Positions 1 to 8,912 are shown, counted from the stretch's first letter. The stretch is 50,144 nucleotides of DNA from Candidatus Doudnabacteria bacterium RIFCSPHIGHO2_02_FULL_42_25 (GCA_001777665.1 MFEQ01000008.1:1-50144); one strand, 5' to 3'. The notes: generated from the sequence alone by a model not told the origin. Numbers and translations: made by a program.

Positions 1-1361
1 TTTACTATGCCATCATTATTTAGGTCTGATCGGGAATTAGATGTAAACCAATCAGAGTTGAGGATAGAGTAATCTATGGAGTTAACGATGCGATCAAGGT
101 TGATATCTCCTGGAACCGGCGTTCCGGTAGGTGGTGGGGGTGGTGGAGTTGGCGTAGGCGCTGGAGGTGGAGGTGGGGGTGGTGGAGGATTCGCACCATT
201 TGGAGCAGAAAAAACCAGAATTGCTACATCTACTTTGTAGTAAGAATAGTGAGCATTGGTTAGAGCGAGATAAATCCGGCCTTGAGCGTCGATTTCTTGG
301 CCACCGATTTGTTGATTTCCAGCAGGATTATCAGGCTGAACAGAAAAACGAGTATAATCTAGAAATTGATAGGTACTGGGATCATAACGATAAGTATAAA
401 TATCATTTCCTGTCCATGAAAATCCTAGACATTGGCATGCATAGTCTAATTCATTTAGACCCAAAGTTGGCCAATAGACAATACCTTCTGGTAATGATAA
501 TCCACCTCCATTAATAGTGTCTACTCCCCATCGGCCTTCCATAACTCCATTGATAAGGCGCGGTTGCCAGGCGACCCAAGAATCAACTCCGGTTCGAATT
601 TGATAATTAGGATCAATAGGATTCATACCACCAACCGGCCAATAGTTGGCTGGTCTGGGAGCCCTCCTATCCCAGTACTCAAGGTTTGGGCCTGGGTCTG
701 CTAGAAATCCATAGCTAATCCGAGCTGTTCCATCAAGGGTGGCCAAGGATGGTCCATGCGTTGAACCCTGTCCTGAAGTGTACCCTGCCCCACCAAGAAG
801 AGGATCAAGTCCTGGACCTCGTTTAACAAATCCAGTAAATCCTTGCATGGCTAAATTCGGAAAGGTCATAGTTTCACCATCCTCTGCGTAAATTGTTAAC
901 GATGCACCAGCCGATGCCTGGGCATAGAATACTCGAGGAGAAATCCAAAGCTTATTCCGCCAAAAAATAAGACCATGGGGATAAGCTTGTTCGCCATTAA
1001 TAGTTGGCCACCATTGAGGGATACTGCGGACGGGTTGTAGCAGTGGCCAATCGGTAAAATTAGTACCTCCTGATCCTGTCCCCATTGGGGGTAAATCATA
1101 TTCCAAAATATCATTATTGTAGGGGTGCCCAACCATCCAAAGTTTATTACGAGTGAAGTCGATCGCAATCCCGCCACGCGCAAATTCTTGACCCAAACGC
1201 CAGCCGCCAAGTAGCGTGCGTCCATTTAATATTGTGGGAGTTTGAGCACTTGCAGCATTATAAGTAACTTTTATTCTGCTGCGCTCTGCACCAACAATAA
1301 TGAGTGCTGTTGCAGCTACAACAATAGCCCCTACTATATATGACCGATTTTTAGGATTCAT
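1..1361 (-). CDS. Secreted or membrane-anchored protein with an N-terminal TM/signal helix, a Pro/Thr-rich linker and C-terminal dockerin-like Ca-binding repeats (3' end lies outside the window)
   Basis: It is missing from the ORF track because it has no stop in the window. My hand translation of the minus strand from the ATG at 1361-1359 (MNPKNRSYIVGAIVVAATALIIVGA...) stays open to nt 1. The end reads ...PPPPPPAPTPTPPPPPPTGTPVPGDINLDRIVNSIDYSILNSDWF..SDLNNDGIV. DINLDRIVNSID and DLNNDGIVN fit the D-x-N-x-D-x-x-x-N-x-x-D dockerin loop. Confidence 0.6.
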   Translation of the reverse strand, partial: MNPKNRSYIVGAIVVAATALIIVGAERSRIKVTYNAASAQTPTILNGRTLLGGWRLGQEFARGGIAIDFTRNKLWMVGHPYNNDILEYDLPPMGTGSGGTNFTDWPLLQPVRSIPQWWPTINGEQAYPHGLIFWRNKLWISPRVFYAQASAGASLTIYAEDGETMTFPNLAMQGFTGFVKRGPGLDPLLGGAGYTSGQGSTHGPSLATLDGTARISYGFLADPGPNLEYWDRRAPRPANYWPVGGMNPIDPNYQIRTGVDSWVAWQPRLINGVMEGRWGVDTINGGGLSLPEGIVYWPTLGLNELDYACQCLGFSWTGNDIYTYRYDPSTYQFLDYTRFSVQPDNPAGNQQIGGQEIDAQGRIYLALTNAHYSYYKVDVAILVFSAPNGANPPPPPPPPPAPTPTPPPPPPTGTPVPGDINLDRIVNSIDYSILNSDWFTSNSRSDLNNDGIV

Positions 1362-1370
1362 TTGGGTTTC

Positions 1371-1401
1371 AAAAAATATAGCTAGATTTCTCTAGCTATA
1401 T
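1371..1401 (-). terminator. Intrinsic terminator downstream of the 1431-2198 gene
   Basis: An 11-bp perfect stem (ATATAGCTAGA at 1376-1386 / TCTAGCTATAT at 1391-1401) has a 4-nt loop. The A-run at 1371-1375 gives a T-run on the minus strand. Confidence 0.6.
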
Positions 1402-1430
1402 TTCAACACAATTTATACTTTTTTACAACT

Positions 1431-2198
1431 TTATTCAGTAACTACAATTGTACCGAATTGAGTTGGGTTTAGATGATCGTGGTATTTCCAGGTTCCGACT
1501 TTGGTGAAAGTAAACTCCCAAGTTCCACCAGCGGCAATCGCTTGTAATGGATCCAATTCTAGATAATCAGTGTGGGTTGGGTGAGGAGCTGATGCTGGCC
1601 AGTGAGTTTTGGTGTCACTGTTTTTGAAAGTCACTTTTGTTCCTTTCTTGACTGTCAGACTTGCTGGAGAGAACCCGTTTGAATTGATGGTGACTTGTTT
1701 GGCAGTATTACTGTCTGAAGTTGATGGCGTGATTGCTCCTTCTGGAGTTGCTGGAACATCACCACAAGCGTAATAGACCGATGCTTCAGCCGCTGATTTA
1801 TGAATATTTACGGCTAATGGCAACGAAGCAATTATTTCATCGAGTGTCGTATCAATCAAAGTTACTGATTTACCATTCACTACATTATTCAGAGCATATT
1901 TAACATCACCGAGTGAAGTACAACTACCCAAATGTATATGGGCTGGCTGTTGGACATCCTTGGTTGAGCTACTGACATTGATTTCAACTTTGACCTTGTC
2001 CCCTTCCATTTTCAACCGGGCAACACCATTTTGTTTGGAATTATTTTGGGCTTTCAACTGGACCACAAATGTTCGGTTGTCGTTACTCGGACTGGTTAGT
2101 TGTTTTTCTTGGCTGGTAGTATTGTTATTCGCTGGCTGTTGATTACAAGCAGCCGCTATAAAAACCAACCCCAAACTTAGAACGAAAAACTTACGCAT
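1431..2198 (-). CDS. Lipoprotein with a C-terminal cupredoxin-like domain
   Basis: The N-terminus has a lipobox (MRKFFVLSLGLVFIAAAC). The C-terminus (TVKKGTKVTFKNSDTKTHWPASAPHP...GTWKYHDHLNPTQFGTIVV) resembles the cupredoxin_1/EfeO-type fold. The middle contains HIHLGSC. Confidence 0.55.
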   Translation of the reverse strand: MRKFFVLSLGLVFIAAACNQQPANNNTTSQEKQLTSPSNDNRTFVVQLKAQNNSKQNGVARLKMEGDKVKVEINVSSSTKDVQQPAHIHLGSCTSLGDVKYALNNVVNGKSVTLIDTTLDEIIASLPLAVNIHKSAAEASVYYACGDVPATPEGAITPSTSDSNTAKQVTINSNGFSPASLTVKKGTKVTFKNSDTKTHWPASAPHPTHTDYLELDPLQAIAAGGTWEFTFTKVGTWKYHDHLNPTQFGTIVVTE

Positions 2199-2201
2199 AA
2201 T

Positions 2202-3443
2202 TTATACTCCTTTATTTTTAATTGTATTAATAATTCGTTCTGCACCTAAAATGTATGCTGCGTTACGAAAGGAAGTCTGATACTTTTGTTGCACAGCAAA
2301 AACATCATTAAATGCTTGAACCATTAAAGTATGGAGTTTAGATAAAACTTCGTCAACTGGCCATTTTTCCTGATGCATATTCTGGTACCACTCATAGTAA
2401 CTGGTCGCGACACCTCCACTATTCGCTAAAATATCAGGGATGATGATTTTCTTCTTTTGGTTGAAAATTTCATCGGCTTCTGGAGTCGTAGGTCCGTTTG
2501 CCATCTCAAAAATCATTTGAGCTTTAATCCGGTTGGCATTTTCCGCTGTTAAAACATTTTCCAAAGCAGCAGGCACCAAAATATCGACATCTAGCTCTAA
2601 AAGCTCCTCGTTCGTAATATTTCTAGTTCCAGCCAAATCTTTCAATGAACCTGTGGCTTTTTTATGTTGAGCTGCCTGTTCTAAATCAATCCCCTGGTCG
2701 TTAAAAACTCCGCCTTTACTATCAGACAAAGCAACAATTCTCCATCCTAATTCATGTACTGATTTGGCTAAAAATGTCCCGACATTACCAAAACCTTGGA
2801 TCGCAATAGTTTTTTTGATCGGTTGAATTAAATTTTTCGAAAGGACTTCGCGTAAAATTACCCCACCACCATACCCTGTCGCTTCTTCTCGGCCTTCGCT
2901 ACCGCCTTGGTCCAAAGATTTACCAGTGGAAGCGGCGAACTGTTTTTTTCCTGATAGTTTACTATATTCATCCATGATCCAATCCATAACTTGGCTCCCA
3001 GCTCCGACATCCGGACCTGGGGAATCCACTTCAGGACCGATAAGATGAAAGATTTTTTGAACATAACCCCGAGTGATCCGCTCCAGCTCGGCTGGACTGA
3101 CTTTTTTCGGATCAAAAATAATCCCGCCTTTACCACCTCCAAATGGAATATTTACCACCGCATTTTTGAAAGACATCCAGAAACTTAGGGCTCGGATCTC
3201 ATCCAGATTCACTTCTTCAAAAAAACGAGTGCCCCCCTTGTATGGCCCCCGGGCATTGTTGTGCTGACTACGAAAACCCGTAAAGATCTTTTGCTCTCCG
3301 TTATCCATGACCACAGGAATACTGACTTCCACATAGCGATCCGGGACTTTTAATCGTTCGATGTACTTTGGATCAAAGTCAGCAATTTTCGCAGCTTGAT
3401 CTAATTGTTTTTTTGCAGTTTCAAACGGATTTACTCTATGCAT
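2202..3443 (-). CDS. gdhA: Glutamate dehydrogenase (Glu/Leu/Phe/Val dehydrogenase family)
   Basis: The 413-aa protein has the catalytic-lysine region FGGGKGG and the QGFGNVG Rossmann motif, with overall GDH-like sequence. Confidence 0.9.
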   Translation of the reverse strand: MHRVNPFETAKKQLDQAAKIADFDPKYIERLKVPDRYVEVSIPVVMDNGEQKIFTGFRSQHNNARGPYKGGTRFFEEVNLDEIRALSFWMSFKNAVVNIPFGGGKGGIIFDPKKVSPAELERITRGYVQKIFHLIGPEVDSPGPDVGAGSQVMDWIMDEYSKLSGKKQFAASTGKSLDQGGSEGREEATGYGGGVILREVLSKNLIQPIKKTIAIQGFGNVGTFLAKSVHELGWRIVALSDSKGGVFNDQGIDLEQAAQHKKATGSLKDLAGTRNITNEELLELDVDILVPAALENVLTAENANRIKAQMIFEMANGPTTPEADEIFNQKKKIIIPDILANSGGVATSYYEWYQNMHQEKWPVDEVLSKLHTLMVQAFNDVFAVQQKYQTSFRNAAYILGAERIINTIKNKGV

Positions 3444-3459
3444 AATTCTTTAAGGTTAT

Positions 3460-3540
3460 CTACGAAATTACGAATTTTTACGAAAGTACGAACTAGAACT
3501 AACCCTTTCGTATTTTCGTAATTCTTTCGTACTTTCGTAG
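3460..3540. repeat. Long imperfect inverted repeat built from TACGAA units (copy 1 of a family)
   Basis: The arms at 3460-3492 and 3507-3540 each hold four TACGAA(A) units and are near reverse complements. The loop contains CTAAC. Homologous copies lie at 22935-23020 and 28735-28814. Confidence 0.7.
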
Positions 3541-3544
3541 ACGG

Positions 3545-4057
3545 TTACATCACTACTTCCGGCCCTTTATTATGGTAGGCTTCTATAAATTCTAGTATTG
3601 CTCGTTCATCAAAACTATCCAAATTCAGTAAATGCATCCAAGCCGCGAGAGAAATCGGCGCATCGTTCGCTTCCCTAGGGGCGACTATAATTAATTTGTA
3701 GCGATTAGCAAAATCTTTTAGTTTAAGCACGGTTTCAGCATCCACTCGATCTGGTTTGTAGGAAATCCAAATGCCGCCATGTTCCAAGTTGTGAATATAT
3801 TTCTGATCAGTCAGTGCGGCGTCATATGTTCCCCAATCAGCTGGAGCTGGATCGTGACATCCTGAAGTCGGTGGATTGGAATTATAGGGAGGATCGCCTG
3901 GAGTACAACTCGGCATATGACCTTGACCCTGATATTCCAACTCCTGACCAGGCATATTTGCTTCCTGTTTTTCTGAACTTTTAAATAACCAAAAACCGAG
4001 TGCGACTGCCACAGCGATAACCAATATATATATAAAGATTAATCGAAATCTTTGCAT
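3545..4057 (-). CDS. Membrane-anchored DUF3105-like protein
   Basis: It has an N-terminal TM helix. PPTSGCH and HNLEHGGIWISY match the DUF3105 signature as I remember it. Confidence 0.55.
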   Translation of the reverse strand: MQRFRLIFIYILVIAVAVALGFWLFKSSEKQEANMPGQELEYQGQGHMPSCTPGDPPYNSNPPTSGCHDPAPADWGTYDAALTDQKYIHNLEHGGIWISYKPDRVDAETVLKLKDFANRYKLIIVAPREANDAPISLAAWMHLLNLDSFDERAILEFIEAYHNKGPEVVM

Positions 4058-4128
4058 ATTTAAAAAATTAATAGCTTAAGGATTATACCACAAATTCGTT
4101 GAACGGTGGCGCTGCCGAATAACGCATT

Positions 4129-5046
4129 TCATCCATGATCCATCCCGAGGTACTTCTCCGCATCCAATGCGGCCATGCAGCCCATACCAGCTGCGGTGAC
4201 ACCCTGGCGATAGCGATGATCTCTGACATCGCCGGCGACAAAGACACCTTCAACCGAGGTCAGGGTTTGATCTTTTGGGACGATATATCCTTTTACATCC
4301 AATTCTATCTGACCTTTGAAAATATCAGTATTCGGTTTATGCCCGATAGCAATAAACGCCCCTTCGATCACCCGGTCTTCTGAAGTCCCCGTCACGACAT
4401 CTTTGACTTTCACCCCGGTTAGTTTTTGGTCGCCCAAAAACTCTTCGATGACTTTATTGGTTTCAACTGAAATTTTCGGGTTGGCTTTCACCCGGTCTAA
4501 CATAATTTTGGAAGCTCGAAAATTCTCACTGCGATTGAGGATAGTCACCTTTTTCGCAAACTTCGTGAGGTAAGAGGCTTCTTCCATTGCTGCATCACCG
4601 CCCCCCACCACGATTATGTCTTTCTCTTTAAAGAAAAAGCCATCGCAAGTCGCGCAAGCCGAGATCCCTTTGCCCCGAAATTTTTCTTCCGAAGGCAACC
4701 CTAGCCACATGGAAGAAGCACCGGTGGCAATGATGACTGAAGCCGCTTCGTATTCTTTATCCGATGTCCAAAGCTTAAAAGGCTTCTGGCTGAAGTCTAC
4801 TTTGGAAACATCATCATAAACTATTTCTGCCCCAAAGCGCTCGGCTTGTTCAATCATTTTCTGCATCAGTTCTGGTCCCTGTATTCCCTCTGGAAATCCG
4901 GGATAATTTTCGACTTCTGTAGTGATCATGAGTTGCCCACCATAAGTTAAACCAGCCAAAACTAGCGGCTTGAGGTTAGCTCTAGCTGCGTACAGGGCTG
5001 CAGTAAGTCCGGCAGGACCAGAGCCAATGATTATTAGTTTATGCAT
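4129..5046 (-). CDS. trxB: Thioredoxin-disulfide reductase
   Basis: It has GSGPAG (FAD binding), the redox motif CATCDG, GGGDAAMEEA (NADPH binding) and NRSENFRA in place of HRRxxFRA. At 305 aa it is the low-Mr TrxR size. Confidence 0.85.
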   Translation of the reverse strand: MHKLIIIGSGPAGLTAALYAARANLKPLVLAGLTYGGQLMITTEVENYPGFPEGIQGPELMQKMIEQAERFGAEIVYDDVSKVDFSQKPFKLWTSDKEYEAASVIIATGASSMWLGLPSEEKFRGKGISACATCDGFFFKEKDIIVVGGGDAAMEEASYLTKFAKKVTILNRSENFRASKIMLDRVKANPKISVETNKVIEEFLGDQKLTGVKVKDVVTGTSEDRVIEGAFIAIGHKPNTDIFKGQIELDVKGYIVPKDQTLTSVEGVFVAGDVRDHRYRQGVTAAGMGCMAALDAEKYLGMDHG

Positions 5047-5124
5047 AAAGTTTAGAGTTATTCGTCGGCGCTGCGCGTATCGTCTGACGTTTACCGATAC
5101 GCGTGGCGCTGCCGTATACCGTTA

Positions 5125-6081
5125 TTACTTGAGTCTCTTAATCTGATTCCAATCCGATGTCAGTCCGATACCACCCTGACGTCGCATCAGCCAGTCGTAG
5201 CAGGCCAGCGCTGCGGTAGCGGCATTACCAGCTGAAATCACAGCTTGTTTATACGAACTGTTGATCGCGTCGCCGCAGGCAAAAATCCCGGAATAGGAAG
5301 TGGCTTGATCAGCATTAACGATTATTTGCTCCTGCTCATCTAACTTTACTATATTTTGCAAAAAATTGGAATCAACCACATAACCAAGTTCGACGAGCAA
5401 GCCGTCAACATCCAATTCCATTTGGTGCCCAGACTTCAAATCCAATATTTGCATTTTTTCTAACTTCCCCTCTCCTATCAATTGCTGGATTTGAACGAAC
5501 GGCAATAGTTTCACATTCTTTTTTCTAAATAACGCTTTATTCAGAGCTGGATGGCAAATCAGCCGATCAGTTTTCGATAAAATAAAAACTTGTTTGGCAA
5601 ACGGTGCACAAATCAAACCAGCTTCAGCCGCGATATCGCCAATTCCGGCAACTGCCACCACTTTATTTTTGAACAATGGCCCATCACAGGTCGCGCAATA
5701 CGTTACACCCTTGCCTTTCAACTCTGCTTCGCCTGGCACTCCCAAATCTTTCGGGGTTTTGCCATAAGCTAAAATCAAACTTTGAGCTTTATATTGCTTG
5801 TCGAATGCCGTGACGATAAATTCATCCGCCACAGCTTTGACTTTTGAAACTTCCGCAATTAGAAACTCGGCTCCGAAATTTTCCGCCTGCTGGCGAATAC
5901 TGGAAACCAGTTCAAACCCACCAACTTCCTGCAGTCCCGGATAATTTTCAATGGCATCAGTGTAGTTGGCTTGCCCTGCAATATCTTTGCCAATGATCAG
6001 AGTTTTTAACCCACGACGGGACGTAAAAATACCTGCTGTAAATGCAGCTACCCCACCACCAATAATAATTACATCATACAT
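5125..6081 (-). CDS. Thioredoxin reductase-like flavoprotein paralog (NADPH-arginine motif not recognisable)
   Basis: It has GGGVAA (FAD binding), retains CATCDG and has GIGDIAAEAG. Where HRRxxxR is expected it reads ILSKTDRLICHP. Confidence 0.7.
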   Translation of the reverse strand: MYDVIIIGGGVAAFTAGIFTSRRGLKTLIIGKDIAGQANYTDAIENYPGLQEVGGFELVSSIRQQAENFGAEFLIAEVSKVKAVADEFIVTAFDKQYKAQSLILAYGKTPKDLGVPGEAELKGKGVTYCATCDGPLFKNKVVAVAGIGDIAAEAGLICAPFAKQVFILSKTDRLICHPALNKALFRKKNVKLLPFVQIQQLIGEGKLEKMQILDLKSGHQMELDVDGLLVELGYVVDSNFLQNIVKLDEQEQIIVNADQATSYSGIFACGDAINSSYKQAVISAGNAATAALACYDWLMRRQGGIGLTSDWNQIKRLK

Positions 6082-6085
6082 AAAT

Positions 6086-6892
6086 TTACTCTAGGTCCTT
6101 GGCCACTTCTAAGACATTTTGCAGCAGCATCGCAACCGTAATCGGTCCCACTCCACCAGGTACAGGTGCTAGTATTTCCACCTTACTCTCCACTGACTCG
6201 ACATCGACATCACCAACTATTGATCCTGCTGATTCTGAAGTCCCACAGTCAATCAAAATCACTCCTACTTTAAGCATGTTCCCTTTAATCAGTTTCGGAG
6301 AACCGGTGGCGGAGATAATAATATCAGCGCCTATCGTTAACTCACTAAGATTTGTCGTCGTGACATCTGCTGTGATCACATTTAATCCTCGTTCTTTCAA
6401 AAGATTGGTTACAGGCAACCCGACTAATTCACCCTGCCCGATCACCAAAATCTTTTTCGTGGTTAGATCAATCAGGAGTTGATCCAAAATGGCAGCGACA
6501 GCTGCTGCGGTTGGCGATTTCAACCTCGTTTTCACATTCTTCAAACAGTCAACATCGACTCTCGAATCGATGGTATTTAAAATTGCTGTTTTGTCCAAAT
6601 TCGGAGGTAAAGGAAATTGGATAATCAAACCAGACAGAAACGGATCCCGCTGAATCTTCCGAATCTCCTCAATCACGGCTTCTGTGGTAGCAGTAACTGG
6701 TAACTGAATTAACCGAGGCTTATATCCCACTTCGTCGGCTCGGCGCAGTTTAATTTTGACAAACGCAGTGGCGACTGGATCATCCCCAATCAAAATATCA
6801 CAAAACAAGGGTTGAAACAGTAATTTTCGAACCTCGGATTGGAGCTTTGTCAGCATTTCTTGGGCCATTTCCTGGCCATTTATAGTTCTCAT
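6086..6892 (-). CDS. folD: Bifunctional methylenetetrahydrofolate dehydrogenase/cyclohydrolase
   Basis: The 268-aa protein shows the FolD-like layout (VKIKLRRADEVG, GQGELVGLPV, PVPGGVGPITVAMLL). Confidence 0.85.
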   Translation of the reverse strand: MRTINGQEMAQEMLTKLQSEVRKLLFQPLFCDILIGDDPVATAFVKIKLRRADEVGYKPRLIQLPVTATTEAVIEEIRKIQRDPFLSGLIIQFPLPPNLDKTAILNTIDSRVDVDCLKNVKTRLKSPTAAAVAAILDQLLIDLTTKKILVIGQGELVGLPVTNLLKERGLNVITADVTTTNLSELTIGADIIISATGSPKLIKGNMLKVGVILIDCGTSESAGSIVGDVDVESVESKVEILAPVPGGVGPITVAMLLQNVLEVAKDLE

Positions 6893-6914
6893 TGCTTAGA
6901 TATTCTACCACAAA

Positions 6915-6923
6915 TGCTATAAT
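6915..6923 (+). promoter_or_regulatory. Extended -10 box (TGcTATAAT) upstream of the sigma-factor gene
   Basis: TGCTATAAT at 6915-6923 lies about 35 nt before the ATG at 6958. I found no good -35 box. Confidence 0.35.
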
Positions 6924-6957
6924 GGGTTGTAACGAATTACATCAGAATTCGATAAAT

Positions 6958-7491
6958 ATGATAGAAGAAATCGATGTTCAAAATCTAGTGCGACGAGCCC
7001 AAGACGGAGAGCAGGAAGCTTTCGGTCTGATTTATGATAATTACGCGCAACCGATTTACAACTTCCTGATGAGTAAGGTTCGTCACCGCGAAGTTTGTGA
7101 AGATTTAGTCCATACTGTATTTCTTAAGGCTTGGATGAACCTGAAATCCTATCAGCCGCGTCCGAGTGCTAAATTTTCAACCTGGCTTTACCAAATCGCC
7201 AACTACACCCTTATCGATCATTGGCGAACCAAAAAGCCGACAGTCGAACTCGACGATGTTGAAAATTTGGCGGCTTTCGCCGTTGACCCAGCACATTACG
7301 AAGAATATTCTTATTTATGGCAAGCCATAAGACAGTTGCCTCTGAATTACCAAACGGTTTTGGATTTGCGGTTCAAACAAGATTTATCCGTGGAAGAAAC
7401 CGCCCATATTATGCGCAAAACCTCGGTCGGGATAAGGGTTCTGCAACACCGGGCCCTGAAAGCTTTAAAAAATAAATTAGTAGAGTCATGA
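6958..7491 (+). CDS. ECF-type sigma-70 family RNA polymerase sigma factor
   Basis: Region 2 (FGLIYDNYAQPIYNFL...DLVHTVFLKAW) and region 4 (LPLNYQTVLDLRFKQDLSVEETAHIM) are both present. The ORF-track start at 6892 is a TTG inside the folD start. The ATG at 6958 is the more likely start. Confidence 0.8.
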   Translation: MIEEIDVQNLVRRAQDGEQEAFGLIYDNYAQPIYNFLMSKVRHREVCEDLVHTVFLKAWMNLKSYQPRPSAKFSTWLYQIANYTLIDHWRTKKPTVELDDVENLAAFAVDPAHYEEYSYLWQAIRQLPLNYQTVLDLRFKQDLSVEETAHIMRKTSVGIRVLQHRALKALKNKLVES

Positions 7492-8195
7492 AATGGTTAA
7501 AGTCTAAAACTGAACAGGGACTAACCAAACTACTGAAACATGGCAGTGGTGATTTTCGATTTGATCCAAAAAATATTAGACACCGTTTAATGGCTTCGAT
7601 TGAACAAACAAAACCCCATCCGATCAAGCATTTTCGCTTGAATCGCGTTTTTAAATTTTCCGCAAGTTTTGCTGGATTCGTTCTAATCGTCTCCGCGACA
7701 TTTGCTTTCGCCTCCAACCAAGTTCCGGGGGACAAACTCTTTGCCTTAAATAAAGCGGGGGAATCTGTTATTTTAAGCTTGCCGATGCCAGCAGAACAGC
7801 GCGCGCAAGTTAGAGATTATATTGTTGACCAGCGTTTCGAAGCTTTGGATGCAGTCAATCTAGCGCCCGGAACGAAGAGCCTCGAAACTATCAAAGAGTC
7901 CGATGAAAGCTTGATGCGCGCAGTGCAAGAAATTTCCAAAAACAAGCAAAAGTTAGAAGCCAAAGGCAAAACCAAACAGGCGGCAAAACTGGAAGTAATT
8001 TTGGATAACTTGCAAAAAAAAGCGGCGGATCGTGAAAAAATAATTCAAAAATTAGAAGACGAAACAGAAGATGAAGAAACGAAAGCAAGAATTCACCAAC
8101 ATTTAGAGCAAATTAAAAACAGCCGAGAAAAAGCTCGACTGGAAATCAAACGCTTCCAAAATCCAGAATCGGAATCAGACCAAATACTTTTCTAA
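7488..8195 (+). CDS. Single-pass membrane protein, DUF5667-like putative anti-sigma partner with a charged coiled-coil tail
   Basis: It overlaps the sigma gene by ATGA. It has a TM helix (FSASFAGFVLIVSATFAFA) followed by PGDKLFALNKAGE, and a Lys/Glu-rich C-terminus. Confidence 0.5.
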   Translation: MKWLKSKTEQGLTKLLKHGSGDFRFDPKNIRHRLMASIEQTKPHPIKHFRLNRVFKFSASFAGFVLIVSATFAFASNQVPGDKLFALNKAGESVILSLPMPAEQRAQVRDYIVDQRFEALDAVNLAPGTKSLETIKESDESLMRAVQEISKNKQKLEAKGKTKQAAKLEVILDNLQKKAADREKIIQKLEDETEDEETKARIHQHLEQIKNSREKARLEIKRFQNPESESDQILF

Positions 8196-8912
8196 ATCAG
8201 TTAAAAACTCCTTGCGGATTTCTAACTGACGCATCACCCCCTGCCAAACTAATTCTTTCGATTCGAGGTCGAATGTCACCTTTTCTAAAATCATGGAAGA
8301 GTTGTTTTCTGTATTTAATATTTCTAAATCTTTATGGTTCAAGCCTAACTTGACCAACATTTGCTGCATGGCTTTGCGTATGACATTTTCGGAGATATCA
8401 TAAGCCGCGAAAGCTCCAACCGCTGTTTGCCACTCTCCTGTCGAATAAATTTCGGAAAGTTCCGCGATAAAATTCCGCGTTGGTTCTTTGGGTTCGGCAC
8501 GCTCAATTTCTTCTGGGGAGAAACCTAGCGTCAACAAAAGAATGACCCATTGCTCTCGTGATTTGGTTTTCAGAATCCCTTGCTCAACGCTATGTCCGAC
8601 CAACTCCTCGGTGCGGCGATTTTCCAAAATAGTCAGGGCGGTTTCGGCTAAGGGGTCGTCTGATTCCGATAAATTAGCTATAGCAAACCGCAAAAATCCT
8701 GGATCGCCTTCTCGGCTCCCCAAAAAAGCCTCGTTTGCCAAAAAAACCTGAAGGACGAATTTCTTGATTTTTTCGGATTTGGATTGAGTCGTACTCATTT
8801 CCTCCAAAATCGCCCAGGATTGCATTTCCTGTGGCACGTATTGGTTAATCCAATCGATAAATTGCTCACCAATTAGATCCGCTATAGCTTGGTTGGGAGA
8901 TAGCATGTTCAT
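8175..8912 (-). CDS. Hypothetical all-helical protein (possible heme-oxygenase-like/TenA-like fold, unverified)
   Basis: This 245-aa ORF has a TATACT box 7 nt upstream of its ATG. I recognise no diagnostic motif with confidence. Confidence 0.45.
   Translation of the reverse strand: MNMLSPNQAIADLIGEQFIDWINQYVPQEMQSWAILEEMSTTQSKSEKIKKFVLQVFLANEAFLGSREGDPGFLRFAIANLSESDDPLAETALTILENRRTEELVGHSVEQGILKTKSREQWVILLLTLGFSPEEIERAEPKEPTRNFIAELSEIYSTGEWQTAVGAFAAYDISENVIRKAMQQMLVKLGLNHKDLEILNTENNSSMILEKVTFDLESKELVWQGVMRQLEIRKEFLTDLEKYLV

Noticed and set aside
167-1225. ORF-track ORFs 167-514 (+) and 896-1225 (-) as genes
   Set aside because: A single minus-strand frame starting at 1361 stays open through the whole region to nt 1. 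It encodes a coherent secreted protein with a signal helix, a Pro-rich linker and dockerin-like repeats. The two listed ORFs are out-of-frame or antisense shadows of it.
6892-6957. Longest-ORF alternative starts (TTG/GTG) at 6892, 12461, 13971 and 46768, plus upstream ATGs at 26395, 31517 and 32065
   Set aside because: Each extension overlaps a neighbouring gene, a tRNA flank or the gene's own promoter or SD, and adds non-conserved residues. Internal ATGs with better context were used instead, and the exact starts remain uncertain.
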